This document shows positions 53,538 to 64,000 of a stretch of DNA of 64,000 bases, in pieces. The position numbers were made by a program, and so were the translations under genes. Positions within the stretch are counted from its first letter, which is position 1. Every line of letters begins with the position of its first letter. The stretch is taken from positions 8,672,001 through 8,736,000 of the forward strand of contig CP086569.2 of assembly GCA_009914755.4 (NCBI GenBank), read 5' to 3'. The notes under the pieces were generated by a model, which was not told the origin of the DNA, ran no database searches, and was given only the letters and a program-made list of their open reading frames with translations. Source of the stretch: the human T2T-CHM13v2.0 reference genome, Homo sapiens.

Positions 53538-54058
53538 TGTGGTAGCACTCCTCATGCAGGGGTCTGACCTACAGACCCTGACCTAGCAATGAATGAATGA
53601 AGTACATTGACAAACAAATATTCTGGTATGCCAGTCCAGCTGAGTGTCTGAACTGCTTACACACTCCCGGGAGAGTACTGTAAACACTTGTGACTTTGAC
53701 TTTGATCAGTCAGTGAAACTCGCATTTATTATGTAAAGATTAATTGACAAAGATCCTTAGTAAACACTACTAGAGGGTAATTGATACTGGGGATGTCCTG
53801 AGTAGAAAGCAATTAAGGACCCATGGTACATCAAACGTTAGTTTTAAGACCACATGAGTAAACAAGCTAGCTAGATAACCTACTCTACCTTTCTTTGTAC
53901 TCACTTTAAGCCATTTACTCAATGAAAGGATTAGATTGCCTTCATCCATAACCTTATCCTGAGACTTTGGTAATAACCTTCAGGCCTTCCAAGAAGTTTT
54001 GTGTACGCATCTATAACCATCCTTAAAATTTTTCCACCAGCCTGATTGAATCCCTACA
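53538..54058 (-). mobile_element. 5' LTR of the same HERV-K-like provirus. The whole element spans 50328-54058 on the minus strand, with an internal region of only about 2.7 kb (heavily deleted).
   Basis: Direct repeat of the 50328-50848 LTR. The flanking hexamers AATGGA (50322-50327) and AATTGA (54059-54064) form a possible imperfect 6-bp target-site duplication. Confidence 0.75.
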
Positions 54059-54857
54059 AATTGATTCAGTTTGGGGGTACTATTGTAAATTGTGTGTTAA
54101 TGTTTCAAATTCAATTATTCCTATCCATTATTGCTGATATAGAGAAAAATCAATGGAGTTTGGTCTATTGGCCATCTTCTTTGCTTCTTCTTGTCTTCAT
54201 TCCTATCAAGGCACAGGAAGGTAGGCTCTATTTCACTTCCACTTCCTGAGATTACTGGCTGGATTCATCCTCCCCATATTTCAGAGATTCTTTATGGCTG
54301 CCACTAGGGGATCATGGAGAAGATGCAAGGAGCCCATGCAACACACTGCAGGGCAGCATCCTGGGGGCATCAAACAGGCCTTCCTTCTCCTCAGATGCCA
54401 CCCAGGACATGACTTCAGTGCACTTGGGATACCTGGATCTGCATCCACAGTAAGGATGACATCTCGTCTCCCCTGGAAAGGCCACAACATTGGGAAGTCT
54501 GCTTGCCAGGTGAGGAAAGCTGAGGAAAAAGTGTTCTGTCTGTGGCCCCCAGTACTGAGGAGGGATCACTGCCCTGGGCCTTACTTCCACACCCCTGGCC
54601 TCCAACTCTGACTTTACAAAATTGTTTCTTGAGTGAGGCTGTGATCTTGCATTGTCACAGCCACCAACATGTGCTTCACAGATGATCTGGGCTTGTTTCT
54701 GGGGAGAAATCCTGGTACAGAGAAAGGAGGGGTACTAAGCAGCACCACTGTGACGGGTCAAGGTCAGGGACACATCACACCCTCCATCATCACTTTTACT
54801 CAGGCTTTCATGGTTCATTTTCTTACAGTGCTAAAATAGTTGAAACAATACACATTT

Positions 54858-55155
54858 TTTTTTTTGAGACAGAGTCTCATTCTGTCCCCCAGGTTGGCAA
54901 GCAGTGGCATGATTTCCACCTACTGCAAGCTCCACCTCCCGGGTTCATGCCATTCTCCTGCCTCAGCCTCCTGAGTAGCTGGGACTACAGGCACCCACCA
55001 CCATGCCAGCTAATTTTTTTTTTTTTTTTTTTTTTAGTAGAGATGTGGTTTCACCGAGTTAGCCAGGATGGTCTGGATCTCCTGACCTCATGATCCACTC
55101 GCCTTGGTCTCCAAAAGTGCTGGGATTACAGGCATGAGCCATGGTGCCCAGCCAG
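54858..55155 (-). mobile_element. Alu with a long internal/adjacent poly-T run.
   Basis: gagacagagtctcattctgtcccccaggttggcaagcagtggcatgatttccacctactgcaagctccacctcccgggttcatgccattctcctgcctcagcctcc... Confidence 0.9.
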
Positions 55156-58100
55156 AAAAAAATTTTAAGTAGGTATATTGGAACTTAAATCATTATTTAA
55201 GTTCAAATATACGATGTATACCTTGTTAGCAACCATTTTTCTTTTGTTTAGACGTCACAGTTTAATTGAGAATGAATTTGTTATGGTACTGAAAATGCTG
55301 TTTTATAAAGATTAACATCTTACTTTAGCTGAGATATACTAACTCTATCAAACTTTGATATTATAGCATATTAATTAAAGAAATTTGGTCTCCTTTTTTC
55401 TCAATCTTCACAATTTTAAATAAAATCAGAACCTATTAAAGGTCAGTTAGTACTCAACCATGAGCCTGTATTGTTCAGATGTGACTTCCAGTGAAAGCCT
55501 CCGTAATATGAACAAATTTCTCAAGTATGTCCTGTTAAAAGGAGAACAGATGTTCATTGAACTTTTGCAAATAACTGTATTGTCATGAAAATGAGAACAT
55601 TTTATAAGAGTTTCAGAATTCTGGAGGAATGGGCAGAGAGATGAAAGAGAAATGTGCTGATGACAACCCTCAAACTCTGTAAAATATTTAAAGAGATTTA
55701 TTCTCAGTCAAATAAGAGTGACCAGTTACCCATGACAGAACCCTTCTCAGGAGATTATGAAAAACATGTACCCAAGCTGTTCTGGGAACAACCTAGTTTT
55801 ATACATTTTAGGGAGACATGAGACATCAATCAAATACATGTAAGATATACATTGGTTTGGTTCCCAAAAGTGGGACAACTTAAAATGGGTGGTGGTGCAT
55901 TCTGATTGGCAGTTGGTTTAAAGATTTAAGTTATCCAGAGACATGGAATCAATAGAAAGAAATATCTGGGTTACAATAAATAACAAAGGGTATAGAAACC
56001 AAAGTTTTATCATGAAGAGGAACCCAGAGAAAAGATTATAAATATTTCTTATCAGACGTAAGGTCTGTGTTGATGTTAATGATGGTTAACTTTTTCTGAA
56101 TTGCAAAAGATAGGAGTGTATAATGAAGTATGTCTGATCCTTCTCCCTTTTATGACCTGAACCAACTTTGGAATACCCTTAGCCAAAAAGAGGGGTCCAT
56201 TCAGATGGCTGGGGCAGATTGGGCTTAAAATTTCATTTTTGGTTTACAAATGTTCCACTTCTGTTTACAAAAGTATAATCTATTAAATTGTTATGAGTTA
56301 TAGTTAACTTAATAAAAAAATTCTTAAATCCAGAGATATAGAATATTAAAGAACCAGCAGACTTCCAAATCAAAAAAAGCTGTAAAATTTTACACATTCT
56401 TTATCTGTTCATTCAGTGCAATGTAATCAATTCCCATATTGTTTAATCTTGGGTTAGCAGTGCCATGAACCCATCAGTTTGTCAACTAGAGCTCTGGATA
56501 TTGTTCTTCAGTCCTGTGTTATAATCTTAAAGTTATTTAACAATTGACATCAGATTTTTATATCCAGAGGACCCATCATTGTTGTTTCCATTGGTCTTGA
56601 GGAAGTTCTTTGTTGAAGACAAACATTCTGACCTGTAGCCAACGCAGATGCAGAACCTCTTGGGAAAACATGAGATTGAAATACTACCTACCTGTACATT
56701 ACAAAAGGTGTACAATGGCCATGGTTAAAACTGTAATGGAAACTCATTATATCACAGTTAAACAGGAATTTGTCTGCTTCTGTGGCATACAAAATTTAAA
56801 ATAGTAACTAGAATTATGACTCATAATATTATACTAGGGCATATAATAGATAGGGAGGACATTTACAAATTTCCAGGAATTCCATACAGTTTCTGAAAAG
56901 ATAACATTTTACCAATACAAATACAACCAAGAAAGTTTAAGCATCTTTTCTTATTCGTGTATTTTGTGTACTGCTCATTTCATACTGTTTGTCAAATGCT
57001 AGCATTCCATAGTAGATTGAAAATTTATAAATACACCATCTCATAATTTCTAGAGGCATATGTGTCCTCTATACTAATAAGGCAATGACTCATTATTGTA
57101 GAAAATAATGTTTTTAAAAAGATCAAAATATCTTCAGTCTCTCTGTAAAAATAAGAAGCTACAAGTATATACAGTTCAATTTATGTTTAATAATTAAAGG
57201 TTTAGCATTTTATCTCATTTATAAACATTCTAGAAATTTAATAAACATCTTTCACTTACCGTAGCTTTAAGGTAGCAAATCACTAGAAAGATTTTATAAA
57301 TTATTATTAGATATGCTGTAAAACATAATTATTACTACAATAATGTTGGTCATAAAAATGACAACTTAATTAAAATCAAATATAACTTTTAAGATTTTAA
57401 ATATCTAGTGAATATAATACTGGTTTGTTTGACTGGTAACAAAACAGAATAAAAATGTATGTTTTATTATTTGATAGTGAAAATTCTGAAGACATACTTG
57501 TTTTAGTGAGTCAAAATTATTAAAATAGTGCTACTCACCTAAGTTTTATCAAAATAATCTGCACTTGGAAAACATTTGGATCAGTTTCTGTATTTTCTGA
57601 GTGTTTTGTTAATATTTTACTTATAATTTCTTACTTTTTTGAAGCCAATTTAGAATAGAGCACCTTTAAATGATTTTAGAAATTGTTTGCAATGCCATCC
57701 AGAGATTTGAAAATGTCACCTATAGAAAAGATATGCAAACACACATACAGATAGATCTAAACAGATATCTTATAGCTTTAGTTCTAAAATTTTAGCCACA
57801 AATCAGGCATAAAAATTGTGATTGTAAATTTTAGGTGTTCACTTGACAGGATTAAGGGATACACACATAGCTGGTAGAGTACCATTTCTGGGTATATTTG
57901 TGAGGGTGCTTCTGGAAGTCTTTAAGGAGAGCCTCTATTGATTTAGTCACCATTCTCTTATTGGTACTGAGAGGGAGACTCCATTAAAATGAAGATTTCC
58001 TTAGTAGATGTACATTTTCTTTACAAATGGGTAAGTTCTGCTTTGTTTTCAGTTCCCTTGTGTCTGCATTTTCTTAAAATAATAGGTTCAAAATGATTTT

Positions 58101-58199
58101 TATACCCAAGTGGCATATTTTGTGATGGCATGTTCTGGTCTCCTATAGTCATATATTGGGGAGGCATATTCTGGTTTTCAACACTGTCTTTCATAATTT

Positions 58200-59180
58200 C
58201 TGTACCATCATGCATTCCACCAGCAATGAATGCAATGCTGTTTTTTCCTCCAGCAATTCATTTGTCATGGTTTAAAAACAGTTTAGCAGTTCCAACAAAT
58301 ATAGATGGGCCACACCATCTCGTTGTAATTTTTAGTCCCTTAATGATATATGAAGTTGAACATGTTTCTGTATGCTTGCCATCTGTGTATATTCATCGAT
58401 GATGTACTGCTCAGCTCTTTACTAGTTTAATTGGTAGTCTATTTTATTGCTGAGTGTCAATATTTCTTTGTATATTTTGAGTGAAAGTTATTATTTAGAT
58501 CTGTATTTTGCAGATATTTCTTCTTGGCTGTGGCTTGTCTATTTCCTGAACTAGATTTTTCAGAGTATAAACTTTTGATATGAGAAAGTCTATAATGCTA
58601 ATTATTTTTTCTGTTATGAATCGGCTTTTATGTCACATGTTAAAACTCATGACCAAACCCAAGGTTACATCCCTTTCTTTCTCTGCTTTCTTTGAGAATT
58701 TGTATAATTTTACATTTTATTTCTCAGGACTATGTTGTGGAAAAATTAATGCTAAGTTGGAAAGTTTGCAACTGTGTTCATTTTATTTCCTATGGTTACA
58801 CACACACACAAAGACACACACACAAGCACATGAGAATAGGCTCCATTTCCATTTGAATTTCCAAAATGATGGCACTGAACAATCTGAACTCTGCCTTTAT
58901 TTGGTGCCACAGGTAAGCCAGGAGGGGGCGAATGGTTCCCGCACCATGACAACCACAGGGGGCAGGCGATGCCACCTTTTCTGACCATGGAAACTCCCAC
59001 GTGTTCAACACCGGCTGCCTTAGAGGACGAGACCTGCGTTCTACTCAGCACACACTAAGCACCATCACCTCACTGGGGGACAGATGGAAGCAGAGGTAAG
59101 TAAAAACCTTCCTCTGACTTATGAGCATCAGGGATCCAGTAGAAAGGCCTTGTGGGGAAAATGAGAAATAAAATATTCCA
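58200..59180 (-). mobile_element. Old L1 ORF2 fragment of the same subfamily and region as the 24967-26000 fragment.
   Basis: atgcattccaccagcaatgaatgc... is collinear with 24967-26000 at about 80% identity over roughly 1 kb. It carries the same L1 antisense motifs. Confidence 0.7.
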
Positions 59181-59389
59181 TGGTTTTTAAGACAGTTTTC
59201 TTGTAGTAGAAGGCATACTATGAGAACAGCCTACAAAGCCCTAATTCTCTTTTTCTAACTTCTGCCTGGAAAAAAAAAATTGACGTCAGTTTTTACCTAA
59301 CATTCAAACCTTATAGCACCACCTAGTTGGATTTATTTCTCCATGTGTCCATTCTGTTAGCTCTTTGTATAAACCCTCTAGTCTCCTAA

Positions 59390-59885
<496 letters not shown>

Positions 59886-61417
59886 AAGATAGTTTTGCTA
59901 AAGTGAGTTACATTGGCGTTTTAACAACAAAAAGATGAATTACATGGATAGTAGTCAATTGGTCTCATTATTTGGAAATCCGTAGTTTTACTAGAGCCAT
60001 AGCTACAGAAGGTAGAAATGGGTGTTAGAAACACTCTTTCCATTAAGAGGTCTCACTGAAATCCAACTACTGCATAGTCTCTCCCACACCTTTAGAATAC
60101 CCTGGGAGACTTATGATCCCGGTGAGTCTAGAAAATGCAGAAGGGAAAAGAGCTCTAGCCTCAGAAAAGTGAGGATGATACTTCTGTAGACTAGCCCCTC
60201 CAGATACATGGGTGAAAATTATGCTTGCGTTTATAGGCTCCACCTGTAAGGGTGGCTGTGACGCAGAGGATGTAAAGAAAGTGGAGAAGTGAGATGCCCT
60301 TTCTATCACTCTCTCCTCCCTGGGTCACTTTGAAAGAAGGAAGAAGATGGAGGAATGCCTCTGGTTTTTCCTTTCCCAGATACATAATAAACCATCTTTA
60401 GATTGCACTTTTCTCAAGTGTATACTGAAGAACTGTGATTCTCTTAATCCTGAGACTCTGAAACAAAAGAGATTTATATTCTCATGCACAAGGGCATGAT
60501 TATGTTACTAGCTCCAGGATAAACAGGGCTTTACTCCTGAAAAAAAATGTAAATTTTAGTACTCTTGCAGTCTCACAAATTCACCATACACAATGTAGCA
60601 GATTCTTTTTATAAGGTATCACCCAGGGTTTTATTTTGTTTTCTCACAGCGAAAAAATTAAAAATCATGAAAACAAAGGCTATCATTTGAGTAAAAGTTT
60701 AATAAGCAAATGAAGGAAGCTCTCTGCAGTGGAGAGTGGGGCCCAAGTAGATTACCCACTATGAGGCAGGGTTGGAGGTTTGTATAAGCTCAGAAGAGAA
60801 GAAATGTGATGACTAGTTTGAAACAGCATGACTAAACTTTGCTCAGAGTTTGACCCAGAACCAGTCAGGAGCTGAAATGATTATTCATGGAGGCTATTCA
60901 GATTTTCCTGGCACCTTGGCCCAGGGCCAGTCAGGAGGTAAAGTTAAACCTTGTCCTGAGATCTTAGGCTGAGACCAATCAGAGGCTGAAGTAATGACTC
61001 GTAGAAACTCACCTCCCAGTGAAAAGCATGTTAAAAAATAGAAAGAAAAGTGCCCAGCATAACCCACTGAAGCCAACTGTGTACATGCCCACAGACAAAG
61101 AATAGACTCTTTCCTGGAAGCCTACTGTCTTTGCAAAGAACACAGGAATTTTTATGTTGAACCTTGCTCTCTCACCAGAGTACTTGCAGGCTTTTCTTAG
61201 AAACAATAAAGGTGTGTCTATGTTTGGCCTTTTTAAAAATATATATATACGAATGGGCCAATGTTTGATCCAGTTTTCTTATCGGTGCCTGCAGCTTGAT
61301 TTATCAGGCTTTTTCTCTGCTTGCAGATATTTTACCAATATTCCACCATAACTGCTTAACATTTCTCTGTTATTTTCTCTCTCAGGAATGGAGACACTAA
61401 CTGCTGTTAGGAAAGTG

Positions 61418-61718
61418 GAGTGATGGGCTGGGTGCAGTGCCTTATGCCTGTAATCCAATCACTTTGGGAGGCTGAGGAGGGTGGATCATGAGCTAAGGAG
61501 TTTGAGACCAGCATGGTCAACATGGTGAAACCCCTTCTCTACTAAAGGTACAAAAAATTAGCCAGGTGTGGTGCACACACCTATAATCTTAGCTACCCCG
61601 GAGGCAGGGGCAGGAGAATTGCTTGAACCCAGGAGGCAGAGGTTTCAGTGAGGTGAGATCATGTCATTGTACCTCCAGCATGGGTGACATGGCGAGACTT
61701 TATCTCAATTAAAAAAAA
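61418..61718 (+). mobile_element. Alu on the plus strand with an A-tail.
   Basis: ggctgggtgcagtgccttatgcctgtaatccaatcactttgggaggctgaggagggtggatcatgagctaaggagtttgagaccagc...ctccagcatgggtgacatggcgagactttatctcaattaaaaaaaaa. Confidence 0.92.
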
Positions 61719-64000
61719 ATTGGAGTGACAATATTTCTGGTTACTTTTTTCTAAAGATAAGTATTATTTAAGTTACAGAAGTTAGGGTCTCTTCTGGGGC
61801 TGGTATAAGTGTCCTCAGTAGATAAGTGAATCCACACATCACCATTTGGAGCTTGATAGCCTCTAGATGAGAAGAAATAATTCTGGTTATACCATTGAGT
61901 ATAGATGGTCCAAACATTAACACCACATATACAAGGAAAAGAGGTCTTAACAAAGGAGCTAGTTAGGTCTAAAGAGAAGACTTAAATCTATTAAGAAAAG
62001 ATTGTAGCCAACTGGAACAGAGTCCTCACTTTCTTTCAGTCCACTGACGATTTTAAGTAGGTCATTTAGCACTTGTATTTATTTCTTTATATTTTTACCT
62101 GACTAAAAGTGCTGATTCAGAAGCAGCATGTCTCATTGGATAGTGCATAGGCATTCTCTACTCAGGCCAAAAAGCCATCCAGAGTTTAATTATTCTGCAT
62201 TATCACTGAGGCTAGGAGATTTACCAATTGGCATTAGGCTTCTGTGGCTTCTACAGTTGCCTTCCACCCTTGTTGCATCATGATGAAAATACTAATGGCT
62301 AATTTTTCAAGAAAAGTATACAGAGAAATCAAAATAGGCCACCTGGTCTTGCATGTTTCAATTTTAATTTTTACAGTATAGGATTATAGTGTCATATTTT
62401 CCTCAATTCTCTCCCTCAAAACTCCATGTGATGGCATAGAGACAAGTGATTTATTTTTGTGTGTGCAAGAGAATCTACTCCGAAAAAGGGTCTCAACTGA
62501 AAATGTCACCAGATGATGGTGTCATTTTGGTGAAATATAAAAGTAACATACCAGGATCACTATTATTATAGTACCTGTTCCCATTTAGTGCCCAGGGAGG
62601 ATTAAATGTAGCCAGGGGCCACAGAGAAAGTAAAGCCCCACTTCCTAAACAGATGGTTCTAAGTTGTCATTTGTGAGGGTTCCTGCTAGATTTAGTTTAT
62701 ATCTTGTAAAGTTGCCCCTCCTATGTCTAAGAGGAGATGTAATATCCATACTCAGTACAGTTATTCAGCGTGTTGACTGGAATTCTGCCTGCTGGTTTGG
62801 AATAATCTTTTTGGCAGGTGGAGTTTCAGAAAATCAGAGACACAGCATGTTCTGCCCAGTATCTCTGGTAATCCTCATTACAGGGGCTATTAGTTCAGAT
62901 GTTTCCAGTTCTCCTGCATACATGTAGGATGCCACCATTATAATATATTATACAAGGGTTCAGGATTCCATCTGTGGGCACATTTGGTTGGAAACAAGTA
63001 TTATTTATTATCTGATAATAATGTTGGAAAGAGGCAACATTTCTGCCTATGGGTAATAATTTCTACTAGAAATACCAAAGGAAAAGTCTGGTTAGATTGT
63101 TAATGTTTTTTCATAGTCTTTCCCAAGGTTTGAGGTCACCTGTGCTTTTACTCTCCAGATCTCCACACTCTCAGCAATTACAAGATGGCATTGCCATATT
63201 TGAGATTCTCCAAGTGTGGTTCCTTTTGCCTCTAAAGCAGAGAAAGGTGTTTGCTATTATTCTATCAACTTCACCTAGCCTAAGAGTTTGAGTCTTACAT
63301 TCGAGAAATACGTCTTTCTGGATGGAGTTAAAAGTGATTCCATACAAGATTCCATTCATCCCTCTCAAGTGCTTAATTGTTAAAGGTGAAACTAACAGAT
63401 AGAATACTAATATATTGAGTTCATATAATTAAAGCGTCTGTTTTAAATCTGATAAAATTTTTCAAGGCAAACCTAGAAGTTTGTCTTCTTGTATAGATGG
63501 GCAATGGCTAATATTGTAGGGACCTTGGGGTGCGTGTCAGTGCTACATCTAACAGTAAATGTTAGTAAACTTGACAGTAACAAAATCTTCATGTTTATTT
63601 TTTATTTGTCACTACTATTTTTGCTATAATAATAATGATTAAGTAAAATATTATGGTAATTGAGACTCTCTGTTTGATACTTCACTCAGAAGGTGCTTCA
63701 GTTTATAACCCCACTGCAAGAGGTAAAGTAAGAAACGTAATTTCTATAAGTATTGTGTATTAGATAATTGTATCTGATTTTTTATTGTAATACTTCTAGA
63801 CTGTCAGGGACTGCTTTCACTGTTTTCCAGGCTTTCACTCGAGTGAAATAAATATGAGTCAATTTCCACCATCTTCACAGCTGAGGGAGTAAGGAGAAGA
63901 ATAGTATTAGGTCCCTCCCAACTGGGGTGTAGGGACAGGAGAGAAAGAGGAGGAGCCTACCCCAGTACCAACTCTTCTGGGTTGAATAGAGGGGGATTTG

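Overview
This 64-kb window is eukaryotic DNA, not prokaryotic. It carries many Alu SINEs, L1 ORF2 fragments, an ERV9/LTR12 provirus, a HERV-K-like provirus and a CpG-bearing young Alu, which places it in a catarrhine primate, most likely human. I could not support any host protein-coding exon, tRNA or rRNA. The longest ORFs are retroviral remnants (gag, pol, env) or translation artefacts of simple repeats. The window looks like a repeat-rich intergenic or heterochromatin-adjacent region, possibly subtelomeric or pericentromeric. It contains no operon or defence system.

The main structures, in order:
- 1-13250: a macrosatellite-like tandem array with a unit of about 2.45 kb, about 5.35 copies at about 75-80% identity, ending abruptly at a truncated Alu.
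- 13.2-27 kb: unique AT-rich DNA with compound AT-rich microsatellites, a 20-bp minisatellite, several Alus and an old L1 ORF2 fragment.
- 27108-34527: an ERV9 provirus flanked by LTR12-type LTRs, with gag, protease, RT, RNase H and env-TM remnants on the + strand.
- 38929-39213: a plus-strand Alu whose A-tail runs into about 380 bp of (GAA)n at 39214-39592.
- 39598-42777: about 3.2 kb of highly degenerate TTAGGG-like hexamer repeats with the G-rich strand on +, directly abutting the GAA tract.
- 45.2-46.9 kb: L1 ORF2 fragments in both orientations, split by an Alu.
- 50328-54058: a deleted class-II (HERV-K-like) provirus on the minus strand, with two ~519-bp LTRs around an integrase remnant.
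- 59.5-59.9 kb: a young Alu with a target-site duplication, and further Alus elsewhere.

Family assignments come from consensus sequences and protein motifs recalled from memory. No database search was possible, and all coordinates are approximate to within about 10 bp.
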